Shown: positions 8,964 through 17,719 of the stretch, piece after piece
Layout of the letters: every line of letters begins with the position of its first letter
Numbering within the stretch: position 1 is the first letter of the stretch
NCBI GenBank assembly: GCA_016188915.1
Contig: JACPGU010000003.1
Location: forward strand, 73,045-137,044
Reading direction: 5' to 3'
Source: Candidatus Microgenomates bacterium
GTDB taxonomy: Bacteria > Patescibacteriota > JACPGU01
DNA: 64,000 nucleotides
Position numbers and translations under genes: made by a program
Notes under the pieces: model-generated
Database searches by the model: none
What the model was told of the DNA's origin: nothing
What the model saw: the letters and a program-made list of their open reading frames with translations, nothing else

Positions 8964-9212
8964 ATGGAAAAACCGATAGGGAAAATCACTCATTTTTACT
9001 CCGGTCTCATGGTGGGGATTATTGAGCTTTCGGGTGCGTTAAAGGTGGGCGATACGATCAAAATCAAAGGTGCCAACACCGATTTCGAACAGACGGTGGA
9101 CTCGATGCAAGTGGATCACAAAGATGTCCAATCGGCCAAAAAAGGCGATGTCATCGGCATCAAGGTGGTGGAAAAGGTCCACGAAGGGAATCTGGTTTTG
9201 CTGACGAAATAA
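8964..9212 (+). CDS. Translation-factor beta-barrel-like small protein (peptidase U32 C-terminal-like)
   Basis: IGKITHFY, LKVGDTIKIKG, QTVDSMQ, AKKGD.IG motifs; AAGGAG RBS. Confidence 0.8.
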   Translation: MEKPIGKITHFYSGLMVGIIELSGALKVGDTIKIKGANTDFEQTVDSMQVDHKDVQSAKKGDVIGIKVVEKVHEGNLVLLTK

Positions 9213-9226
9213 AAGGAAATTTGACC

Positions 9227-9260
9227 AAAAAAAAGACGGGTGGTGTGCCCGTCTTTTTTG
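9227..9260. terminator. Bidirectional intrinsic terminator
   Basis: A8-GACGGG-loop-CCCGTC-T6 between convergent ORFs. Confidence 0.8.
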
Positions 9261-9286
9261 AAACACTAATGAAAAACGAGATTGTC

Positions 9287-9388
9287 TTAACCTTTTTTCT
9301 CTGTCGCTCTGAAACGATCCTGAAAGTCGCTGTAGTTCTCGTTGCCTCCTTTTGGGTGGATGACCTTCTCGCCTTCGTTTCCAGACAT
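9287..9388 (-). CDS. Putative 33-aa small protein
   Basis: MSGNEGEKVIHPKGGNENYSDFQDRFRATEKKG*, preceded by GGAGAGGG and ending just before the bidirectional terminator. Confidence 0.45.
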   Translation of the reverse strand: MSGNEGEKVIHPKGGNENYSDFQDRFRATEKKG

Positions 9389-9571
9389 GATAATTACCGC
9401 CCTCTCCAAAAGAAATTTTTATTGAAACTACGCAGGTTCGATGTGGTCTGATTGTATTTATGGGTGTAGTGAATTTTTAACCCCATCGCGGGTAGCCCAC
9501 TATCGAGCCTGCCTTGATTTTATCTCTTCCTTTCCCCGAAAAATAAGGAAAAAGAGGAGAAAATACTATCC

Positions 9572-9602
9572 AGGCCTGTCGAGGGAGCACCTCGACAGGC
9601 CT
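9572..9602. repeat. Perfect 13-bp hairpin (REP-like or terminator of the large gene)
   Basis: AGGCCTGTCGAGG-GAGCA-CCTCGACAGGCCT. Confidence 0.7.
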
Positions 9603-9624
9603 AAACCAGTTAATTTCAGTCTTT

Positions 9625-12600
9625 CTATAGCCCCGTGAAATTAAGCATACTGTTTTTCTTGAGGTCAAGCGTGGTGCTAGCGGGGGAGAATCTAGCGTCC
9701 ATCTTCGATACTCCTACCTGCCAAAGCCCCGCTGGCAGAGTAATCTGATAGTAGCCGTTTCTGTTCGTGTAGGCGGAGATATTGAGCGGGCCGTTGAATT
9801 TCACCGCTACCCCCTGAATGGGCGTACCTCCTTTTTTCACATAGCCGTAGGCGAGATAGGTGGGTAGAGCGGTGAAATTGATTCGCTGATCGGTGATGGC
9901 GTTGTAAGAAATGGAATTGAAATAATAGCCATTTTTTGTGGCCATCAAACGGCCGGCGCCGGTTTCTGTGGGAAGAGAATAATAACCAGAGACATTCGTT
10001 ATTGCCCTTTCTTTGTCGTTGGAGATTACGACATTCGCCAAGGCTTTTCCATAGCGGTCTTTGACGAAACCGGTGATGGTGAGTTTGCGGACGGGGGTTA
10101 AAGTGAAATCTTGCAGACGCGTTCTGCCATCAGCCATAACGATATTGGAAACCAATCCGTACAGATAGCCATTTAGGTCAACCTGCACATGATAAACGCC
10201 GGTTGGCAGATTGGCTATGGTATAAAAACCAGCATCATCGGTGGTAGCGGTGAGGGTGGCAGTTTTGAGCGTCTTGACAGTAGCTCCTTTTAGCGGTTTT
10301 TTGCTTTCTCCGTCTATCACGAACCCGGAAATAGAATTTTTGCTAGCGATAATATAGTCGGCTGTTTGCACGGGAGATACCTCTTGAGTTGTTCTGTCTA
10401 TGGTCAGATATTTAATGGCCATGGTCTTGTTGACCGCGATTGGTTTGGCTGGATCGTATTTTGCGGATTGTTTCGTCGGTGTACCACCATTAGTAGTGTA
10501 GTAGATATCTATTGCTGTGCCAGCTGAATTTTTGAAAGTGGCCGTCACTGGTTGCGGATAGGTACCGGGGGAGTGGTTCAAGGTGAGTTGGCTAGGAGAG
10601 AAAACTTTTATTTTCAGAATCTCCACATTGTCAATTTTGTCAGAAGAGACCGCATAGCCTTCTCCTAGCATATCCTGCATTTTTCTGGCAAAGGGGGCTT
10701 TGTCGGCGTTATTAGCCCAGCGAGGTTGAAAAATAATCTCGGCATTATCTTTGGTAATGCCTTTCCATTTTTCCATACCAGCGAGAGTTTTATCTGCTTC
10801 ATCCAGTCGCAGAAGTTCCCCATATTTTTTGATTTGTTCTATTTTGCCACTTTCTTCGAGGGCTTTTTTCAGGCCATCGACACTTTCTATCGGTTGATTG
10901 CCATAATATATTTCGTGCAAACGATATTCATTTTTGCCACCATTTTTGATGGTCTGTAGAATATCAATAGAGCCCTTTTTTGGCTGTCCGGTCTTTTTCC
11001 AAATGTAGCTAAAAGGTTGTTCCAATTCTTTGGTTCCGGCCGTTAAAGCATCAAAACGTTTTAACTGAAAAAGGTAAGAAGCTTTGTTGGCTACGTCTTT
11101 CGCAATATTGTCTATTACAGAGCTGATACCGGGAATATCTTTGTTTTTGGCTATGATGCTAGCAAAATCTTCTAGCTCTTTGCCTTTATAGATCTCTTTT
11201 CTGACAATAGTATCTATGCTCTCTGCTGTCGCTTTGTTTATTTTTTGGAAATGCAGAAGAGCTTCATCTAGATGGTCTAACGCTTCTTTTTTTATCTCTA
11301 CTAATGTTTTTATGGTGCCAGACAGCTCTTTATCTACTTCGTCAATGTGTGGCAAGATATCATTAGCCCATTTTTCGCCCTCTTTGACCATTCTGGAAAA
11401 TGTAGTCAGCTTTATGCTCTTTGGCAAAATCTTAATGCCTTCTTTTATCACAGGGCGAAGACTGGCTTTTCCTACAATTCCTCCGATCAAAGGTAGCCCC
11501 AAAGAGATGATAATCTCGGCCGCTTTTTCTTCGTCGCTGGCCTTGCTTGACGACAAGAGGGTGACGTCTAGCCCCCAGTAGTCAAACGTAGGCAAAATCT
11601 CTTTGGCGGCGTAGTTGTCCATACCTATCACCTCAAAGGTGACTCTGCTATTGATTTTTGTTGACAAGGGATCATTTTTTGACATTACTGAAAAAGTTAC
11701 CTCTTTTTTGGATGAGGCATCAGGGGGAACTTTGTAAAACATATCTATTTCTCTGACCTCTCCTTTTTCCAGTTCAAATTCTAATTGTCCTTGTTTGTAA
11801 TCGCCGTCCCAGAATGAGCACTCGCTTATACCAAGATACCTAAATGGACTTTTACAGACTGCTTCAGGAAAACCGAAATAGATAGACGAATCGCCATTTG
11901 AACTGATAATCGCCGTATCCTTGGAGTCTCCGGCATTTATCACCTGTATTCTGACAGCTCCGTTTTTGCCATGACGATAGGGGATGTAGCCTATTTCATG
12001 GATATTTTGAGGGAAGGTTTGGTCTATCGGCAGATTGTCGGCAGTGGCATAGACGGGGTGGCCATCGATGGACTTATTTGTAAGTAAATCTTTGATATCT
12101 AATATATCAAAGAAATAATTTATGACTTTTTGCTTAACAACGATAGTGGCCGATTTGCTACTTGCCAATCCCGCGGTGTCTTTAACGGTAAGAGTAATAG
12201 TGTGAGAGCCTGCCGATAATTTGTCGATGCTCAAAAACCCACCCGAGCCAATCCGATTGCCATTATCTTGCCAGTAGTAGTCAATAATGGGGCCTTCTGC
12301 GTCGTGGCTAGTGGTAGCATTCAGGAGGATTGGAGTATTTTCATCTGGGCTTGATGGAGAAAAAGTAAAATCGGCGATAGGTGGTTGATTGATCGGCACC
12401 GGGTCAATAGATGGGTCTAAGCAGAAATTTAGCGTGATGGAATTGGAACGAGAGGTGACAAGGTTTTGGTTCCAATCTTCCCATTCTGTCCCCGACCAGG
12501 GTTGCATTTCGGCATAGATAGGGATGTTGTAGCAAGAGCCTGCTTTGTATTTGGTTTTATCTTCAATATTGAATCCAAAATTGGCTAACGCATAAGTATT

Positions 12601-13794
12601 CCCTTTGTCTGCAGAACCAAAAGGTTTGAGATAGAATTGATCGCCGGCATAATATTTTATCGTGACAGAATTTTCTTGTTTTTTCTCTACTGTTATATTA
12701 AGGCCGATACTCCCTCGACTAGTAACCGTAACTTCTTTGAGAGTGCTTTTATCTCCTGTGGCGTAGCCGAAGTAAATATTTGTCAAAGAATTGGCACCAC
12801 CTGTTATCGGTTGTGGGGTAACGGTCGTATCGGGTGGAGGCGGAGGATTGTCGTATGTTTCTATGGTCACTTGGTCTGAAGATGTCCTCCCCAGTGTGTC
12901 TTTGACAGTAAGAGTTACGATATGTGTGCCAACGGTAGCAAAAAAGTATAATTTGTAATTACCAGAAGTAAGCGATACGCCATTTTCCGTCCAAGTATAT
13001 TCTGTTATTGGATAACGAGAGTCGTATTGGCTTTTGGTTCCATCAAATATCGCAGAAATAGTCTTAGCTATTTTTTGATCCGACCCAGCATTAGCTAGTA
13101 ATGAGATTGGTGGAGGAGGGGTTGTGTCTTCTACTTTTATATTAATGAGTTTTACATTCCATCCTTGCTGATCGGTACTGACAGTAGAGCCAGTAGCCGG
13201 ATATCTTTTGTATGTATCTGGGTTATAATTACTACGTGGCCACTTATCTTTCGCATGCATAGCTACTCTGTATTTAATAATTTGGTTGCCTGTTTGGGTT
13301 GCCCTAAATGTTAAGCTATATGAACGAGAGTAGCTCGTTAATGGATCGCCGCTTCCTTCATAAGAATATAATTTTTCGGTAGATAGTAGGTTTTGCTCAT
13401 CAGAGCCACTGTGATATAAAAGACTTGACTCTTTGTAATAAAACCATTGTCCCCCGTCACTATTTTTGTAACTGCTCTCTACGGCCAATCCTGCCGTGTA
13501 GCTAACATCAAGGAAATAAGGAGAGGCAGAACCCCCTGTATTCGAGACAGTAAAAGAGATAATTTTGGCTTTACCCTTTTCGATAGTAAAGACGGAGTCG
13601 GTATTGACTGTCACCATTGGTATCGGCTCCTCGTACGCTTTTGCTGGCAGTATCGGTGGGAAAAGAGAAGATACCATCATTCCCGTAAGCAAAAAAATAC
13701 CCGCCTTTTTAACCATTGGCGGGTGAAACTTTCTTTTGACACAGGAGAGAGAGCCTCCTAGAATTCCCCAGATTGGATGTTTTTTTCCTGACAT
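9625..13794 (-). CDS. Large secreted multidomain protein: PKD/Ig domains, central helical plus nuclease-like domain, Fn3-associated domain, carboxypeptidase-regulatory-like repeats
   Basis: Signal ending AKA; ANAGSDQ and NQPPIADF PKD motifs with GTH.VTLTVKD; IYYTTNGGTP; repeated G.V.D/TD..G.Y modules at the C-terminus. Confidence 0.8.
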   Translation of the reverse strand: MSGKKHPIWGILGGSLSCVKRKFHPPMVKKAGIFLLTGMMVSSLFPPILPAKAYEEPIPMVTVNTDSVFTIEKGKAKIISFTVSNTGGSASPYFLDVSYTAGLAVESSYKNSDGGQWFYYKESSLLYHSGSDEQNLLSTEKLYSYEGSGDPLTSYSRSYSLTFRATQTGNQIIKYRVAMHAKDKWPRSNYNPDTYKRYPATGSTVSTDQQGWNVKLINIKVEDTTPPPPISLLANAGSDQKIAKTISAIFDGTKSQYDSRYPITEYTWTENGVSLTSGNYKLYFFATVGTHIVTLTVKDTLGRTSSDQVTIETYDNPPPPPDTTVTPQPITGGANSLTNIYFGYATGDKSTLKEVTVTSRGSIGLNITVEKKQENSVTIKYYAGDQFYLKPFGSADKGNTYALANFGFNIEDKTKYKAGSCYNIPIYAEMQPWSGTEWEDWNQNLVTSRSNSITLNFCLDPSIDPVPINQPPIADFTFSPSSPDENTPILLNATTSHDAEGPIIDYYWQDNGNRIGSGGFLSIDKLSAGSHTITLTVKDTAGLASSKSATIVVKQKVINYFFDILDIKDLLTNKSIDGHPVYATADNLPIDQTFPQNIHEIGYIPYRHGKNGAVRIQVINAGDSKDTAIISSNGDSSIYFGFPEAVCKSPFRYLGISECSFWDGDYKQGQLEFELEKGEVREIDMFYKVPPDASSKKEVTFSVMSKNDPLSTKINSRVTFEVIGMDNYAAKEILPTFDYWGLDVTLLSSSKASDEEKAAEIIISLGLPLIGGIVGKASLRPVIKEGIKILPKSIKLTTFSRMVKEGEKWANDILPHIDEVDKELSGTIKTLVEIKKEALDHLDEALLHFQKINKATAESIDTIVRKEIYKGKELEDFASIIAKNKDIPGISSVIDNIAKDVANKASYLFQLKRFDALTAGTKELEQPFSYIWKKTGQPKKGSIDILQTIKNGGKNEYRLHEIYYGNQPIESVDGLKKALEESGKIEQIKKYGELLRLDEADKTLAGMEKWKGITKDNAEIIFQPRWANNADKAPFARKMQDMLGEGYAVSSDKIDNVEILKIKVFSPSQLTLNHSPGTYPQPVTATFKNSAGTAIDIYYTTNGGTPTKQSAKYDPAKPIAVNKTMAIKYLTIDRTTQEVSPVQTADYIIASKNSISGFVIDGESKKPLKGATVKTLKTATLTATTDDAGFYTIANLPTGVYHVQVDLNGYLYGLVSNIVMADGRTRLQDFTLTPVRKLTITGFVKDRYGKALANVVISNDKERAITNVSGYYSLPTETGAGRLMATKNGYYFNSISYNAITDQRINFTALPTYLAYGYVKKGGTPIQGVAVKFNGPLNISAYTNRNGYYQITLPAGLWQVGVSKMDARFSPASTTLDLKKNSMLNFTGL

Positions 13795-13819
13795 AAGATC
13801 TCCTTTCTTTCGGTTAGTT

Positions 13820-14080
13820 TTATTCTAATTTTTCTCCGAAAATTTTGCCGCATTCCAGATGAAAACTCCACAAGTGTTTCTGGCAATGAGGGCAGGAGCG
13901 TTCCAGAATACGGGCTTTTTTCTGGTGGCAGGCAGGACAGCTCTCTCCTTCTTTCAAATCGGTAGCCGTCGCTGTGACGCAATGGGCGACTTTGTGATAA
14001 TGGTTTTTACAAGCGGGGCAAGTAATAATATTGGTCGGTTGAGTCGGTTGTTTGCAAGTAGCGCAAAGAGTGTCGCTCAT
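13820..14080 (-). CDS. Cys-rich zinc-finger protein (86 aa)
   Basis: Start MSDTLCATC; CxxC, CPACxxxYH, CPAC and CPHC motifs. Confidence 0.7.
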   Translation of the reverse strand: MSDTLCATCKQPTQPTNIITCPACKNHYHKVAHCVTATATDLKEGESCPACHQKKARILERSCPHCQKHLWSFHLECGKIFGEKLE

Positions 14081-14180
14081 AACGCTGATATTATTTTTTC
14101 TTCCAGTATAATGAAGCTCAAAAAGAAAACAAAGGAAAAAATAGAGAAAAAAAATCGTCCTCTTGTTGAGGGCGATTTTT

Positions 14181-16028
14181 TTAGAATTTTTCTTCAGCAA
14201 TGTATATTCCCAGTCCAGGCTCCAATTTGACCGAAAAATCAACCGCGCTACCGCTCATAGAAAGCTTCAGTTTTTTGCCTAAATGTTTCTCTAATGTTTT
14301 ATTGAGCGGACTAATGATTTTGCTTTGGAATTCGCTTCTGTCTGATGCGTAGGAAGAAGGAGGGAATTTTTTGTGAGAAACCCACTTTTTTATTTCACTA
14401 ATCAAGATGGTCAAAATAGCAATAGTTTCTCGCGAGGTGTAGATTTCTTTGGAGGTGATTTTTTTACCGCGAATGAAGATATCATTTTCACTGGCGTCCA
14501 ATACAATATCGGCGGTGGCGCGAGTGGTCTCGTATTCTTCTTTGGTTTGTGTCTGGATTTGTGTTGATCCATCGGTGGACAAATGAGTTATTTTGACCGC
14601 TCCGGCAGAAATATAATCAGAATAAATTTTGTGATCAAGACATTGTTCAATAGTTACGCCTTCTTTGCCTATGCCGTCCAGCCAAGATAGGTATTGGATG
14701 CTCAAAGTTTTTTCTTTGGTATTTTTGCGCAATTTTTCGATAATGCTGTCTATGTTATCTCTCAGCCCACGGTAGGGGGCGACGAAAAGAACAGGCCCCT
14801 TTTTGCCCGGACCGCTCATCTTGCATCCTACCGGCTCGTCTAATTTATTAGCCTCATGGAGCATAATATTGCAAATATAATTGAGTTTTTCTGATGAAAC
14901 ATTGAACAGGGCCAGAGCGTTTTGGCTGGCGTTGATGGCTTCCGCTAATTCTTTGAAATTAGGGTCTGAGGCTCCCAAGTTCAAAAGATTGTAGAGACAG
15001 ACAAAAACTTCTACGGCGGTGGCGTTGACGGCGCGGACGTAGTTCCTGAAAACGGCGTCTTTGACATCCAGGCTCCTGGCCAATAGTCCTGACGGAAAAG
15101 CATTGGCTATTTTTCCTATTTTTTTTCTAGCCGAAGAGTAGGTTTTTTCTAGTTCGTTTTCAAAATCAGCGATGGAGCGAATGACATTAGCTGCCGGCAT
15201 ATAGTCTCCGGAATAAATGATGCCAAAATCAATAGGCCAATCTCCGGAGATACCACCTAGCTCGTCAAGTGACAGGCCACGATAGGCGAATTGATCATAG
15301 AGATCTAGCGATTTGCTATAGGCGGGCAATCTTGCTCCGTGAGTCGGCGTTTCGCGACCTTCTCTTTTTTCGGTGAAAAATATGATAGGATAGGCGCTTT
15401 TGACACAAGAGGCGAAGACAGAGCTTCCCGCCGAAGCTCCACCGTGAAAAATAGCCTCAAATTTGCAAGCAAAGCGAAAAATAGTATTAAAATCTGTATC
15501 GTGAGGCAATTCGGAGACAGGGCGTTGATTGATTTCTTCAACTACGGAAGGCTCTATTTGTTTGGCAAAAAGCAAAATACTGGTTGCCAGCGTTACGGCA
15601 AAAGTGGCGGAAGTATTGTAGCCGTTGGCGACAGGAGCTTCTATGATATAAAAATATGAAAGCCCCTGATATCTATCTCCCAGGACATCTTCCAGATATT
15701 TTTTGGTGAGCGCGGAGAGTTTCTCATGGGCTTCGGCGTATAGTATTTTTGAAAGGACTATTTTGTCAAAACATTGCTTAGCGGGGTTGAAGACATAACC
15801 TCCGCCATCAGAAACGGAGCCATCATCGGTTGGTTTGAGGCCAATATACACTTTTAAGGGCACTTTTTGAAAGATGCCCAGTCCACCATATAGAATAGCG
15901 TATTCTCCCGCAATCCAAAAAGCGCCCGACGCGGAAGTGGCGATCGAGCACTTGGAAAAAAACTCCTGATATATTTCAGGAAACGATTCCTGTAAGCTTT
16001 CGCTGTTCATGGGAATACGACTTTCCAT
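14181..16028 (-). CDS. GHMP (mevalonate-kinase-like) fold protein with C-terminal winged-helix-like domain
   Basis: GEYAILYG, degenerate P.ANGYNTSA loop, FEAIFHG, CKMSGPGKKG; C-terminal ~100 aa resembles an OmpR-type wHTH. Confidence 0.7.
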   Translation of the reverse strand: MESRIPMNSESLQESFPEIYQEFFSKCSIATSASGAFWIAGEYAILYGGLGIFQKVPLKVYIGLKPTDDGSVSDGGGYVFNPAKQCFDKIVLSKILYAEAHEKLSALTKKYLEDVLGDRYQGLSYFYIIEAPVANGYNTSATFAVTLATSILLFAKQIEPSVVEEINQRPVSELPHDTDFNTIFRFACKFEAIFHGGASAGSSVFASCVKSAYPIIFFTEKREGRETPTHGARLPAYSKSLDLYDQFAYRGLSLDELGGISGDWPIDFGIIYSGDYMPAANVIRSIADFENELEKTYSSARKKIGKIANAFPSGLLARSLDVKDAVFRNYVRAVNATAVEVFVCLYNLLNLGASDPNFKELAEAINASQNALALFNVSSEKLNYICNIMLHEANKLDEPVGCKMSGPGKKGPVLFVAPYRGLRDNIDSIIEKLRKNTKEKTLSIQYLSWLDGIGKEGVTIEQCLDHKIYSDYISAGAVKITHLSTDGSTQIQTQTKEEYETTRATADIVLDASENDIFIRGKKITSKEIYTSRETIAILTILISEIKKWVSHKKFPPSSYASDRSEFQSKIISPLNKTLEKHLGKKLKLSMSGSAVDFSVKLEPGLGIYIAEEKF

Positions 16029-16102
16029 ATTACGAGCATAGCATAACTAAAAGTGAATGTAAAGGGTTCCACTTTTTCTTTTTCGCTTGATAAAGCTATT
16101 TT

Positions 16103-16121
16103 GGCAAAGTCGGACTTTGCC
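16103..16121. repeat. REP-like palindrome
   Basis: GGCAAAGTC-G-GACTTTGCC, with ACTTTGCCGAGG repeated directly at 16129-16140. Confidence 0.6.
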
Positions 16122-16191
16122 GAGGGGAACTTTGCCGAGGAGAAGGAAAAACCCTCTTGCTTTTTGGTAAAAATTGTGCTACATTGAATAC

Positions 16192-16250
16192 GTTAAATCT
16201 GTCTAGGCGACAGCGAAAAACCCTGCCTCTTGTGAGAAGCGGGGTTTTTC
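16192..16250 (+). ncRNA. Putative ~60-nt small RNA
   Basis: Promoter TTGCTT-17-TACATT (16157-16185), hairpin CTGTC/GACAG, then terminator AAAAACCCTGC/GCGGGGTTTTT; no credible ORF between. Confidence 0.35.
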
Positions 16251-16258
16251 ATGTCTTA

Positions 16259-16295
16259 TCGCTAGGACACGACGTTCGACATCGTGTCCTAGCGA
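16259..16295. repeat. REP-like hairpin
   Basis: TCGCTAGGACACGA-CGTTCGACA-TCGTGTCCTAGCGA; core resembles GATGTCCGACATC at 20559. Confidence 0.7.
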
Positions 16296-16365
16296 GCTTC
16301 ATCTTTTATCTTGTCAAAAGACAGCGCTTTGCTATGATGGAGATAATACAAATAAAAAAATACTC

Positions 16366-17190
16366 ATGAAAAAGATAGTTCTTTTCTCTATCGGGATTTT
16401 GCTGGCTTCAGCGTCCCTGTTTGTCGTCCCAGCCCAAGCCTATATCTCCGGTTATGCTTACGAATTCGTAGATCAGTCGGTCTATCCGACCAATCTTAAT
16501 CCTAACGAAACGACCAATGTTTGGATTGAAATAAAAAATATTGGCACTGCCACTTGGCGCAACAGCGGTGATTATCCGATTCGCCTGGGCGCCGGCTCGG
16601 AATACGGCAACGAGAATCAACAAAGAGATTATTCTTCCGAATTTTATGATTCGGCCACCTGGCTTTCCGCCAATCGTCCGACCGCTATTTTACATCCGGA
16701 GATTCGTCCAGGTTGGCACACTAGATTTCAATTCAATATCAAAGCGCCTAGTAATAATGGTACCTACAAAGCCTACTTTACTCCGGTGGTGGACGGCAAG
16801 GCTTGGATGAAAGACATCGGTATCTTTTGGCAACTTACGGTGGGTAGCACGGATAATTCTGACACTAATAATACGAATAATCAGAACACCAATAACACGA
16901 ATCAGTCGGGGGCAAATATCACGGTCACCTCTCTTACTTTGAGCCCCACCGCTCCCTTGACTATCAGAACTGGCGATACTTACAATTACACTTTGACTGC
17001 CATTTATTCTGACGGTTCCCAACAGGATGTGACGAGCATTGCGGTTTGGGATGTTTCTTATGACACTGGCACGGGCAATGTCTATCCGGCGGGTCGTTTC
17101 ATCGCCGGATCAATGGGTACTTGCTGGGTGACAGCCACATTCGGCGGGAAGAGCATAAAGTCGGCCTTGATTACGATAGCGGGGTTGTAG
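16366..17190 (+). CDS. Secreted protein: NBR1-Ig-like domain plus Ig-like domain
   Basis: Signal peptide ending AQA; KN.GTATW...F.F.IKAP...GTY domain; Asn-rich linker; ATYSDGS..DVT-type Ig domain. Confidence 0.8.
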   Translation: MKKIVLFSIGILLASASLFVVPAQAYISGYAYEFVDQSVYPTNLNPNETTNVWIEIKNIGTATWRNSGDYPIRLGAGSEYGNENQQRDYSSEFYDSATWLSANRPTAILHPEIRPGWHTRFQFNIKAPSNNGTYKAYFTPVVDGKAWMKDIGIFWQLTVGSTDNSDTNNTNNQNTNNTNQSGANITVTSLTLSPTAPLTIRTGDTYNYTLTAIYSDGSQQDVTSIAVWDVSYDTGTGNVYPAGRFIAGSMGTCWVTATFGGKSIKSALITIAGL

Positions 17191-17195
17191 GACTA

Positions 17196-17237
17196 CTACG
17201 AATTACGAATAAATACCGAATTTACAAATTACGAATT
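17196..17237 (+). repeat. Left arm of perfect 42-bp inverted repeat
   Basis: CTACGAATTACGAATAAATACCGAATTTACAAATTACGAATT, the exact reverse complement of 17659-17700. Confidence 0.95.
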
Positions 17238-17261
17238 CATAAATTGTATACAAACATACAA

Positions 17262-17660
17262 ATGCAGGACAAGGCATTTAGCGGTGACAAAGTAATTTAT
17301 CCCGAGCTAAGCTATGAAATAATGGGCTGTATCTTTGATGTCTATAACGAAGTTGGCCATGGTTTTTCTGAAAAACACTACTATGGCGCAATCGAAAAAG
17401 CCTTTGTCGCAAAGGGGTTTTTATGCAAAAAACAAGTATATGCCAAATTAGTTTATGATAATAATATTGTGGGTAAATTTTTTTTAGATTTTTTAATAAA
17501 TGATAAGATCGTGGTTGAATTAAAAATAGGAGAATATTATGGTAGAAAAAATATTGATCAAGTTTATCAATACTTAAGAGTTAACGATTTGCGATTGGGG
17601 ATACTTGTGAATTTTACTCGTTCTGGTGTAAGATATAAAAGAATAGTCAATATTGTTTAA
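17262..17660 (+). CDS. GxxExxY protein (PD-(D/E)xK nuclease-like fold)
   Basis: GFSEKHY, DFLINDKIVVELK, Q...YL and LGILVNF motifs. Confidence 0.92.
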   Translation: MQDKAFSGDKVIYPELSYEIMGCIFDVYNEVGHGFSEKHYYGAIEKAFVAKGFLCKKQVYAKLVYDNNIVGKFFLDFLINDKIVVELKIGEYYGRKNIDQVYQYLRVNDLRLGILVNFTRSGVRYKRIVNIV

Positions 17661-17700
17661 TTCGTAATTTGTAAATTCGGTATTTATTCGTAATTCGTAG
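17659..17700 (-). repeat. Right arm of perfect 42-bp inverted repeat
   Basis: AATTCGTAATTTGTAAATTCGGTATTTATTCGTAATTCGTAG, overlapping the stop codon. Confidence 0.95.
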
Positions 17701-17719
17701 GAATAGATGGGAGGTTATC

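Noticed and set aside
81-16100. tRNA-anchored genomic island or prophage
   Set aside because: No integrase, no duplicated tRNA 3' end and no phage structural genes were seen; only the accessory-like content supports it.
17196-17260. CRISPR-like repeats
   Set aside because: These are heptamer units within an inverted repeat with no spacers; no cas genes are in the window.
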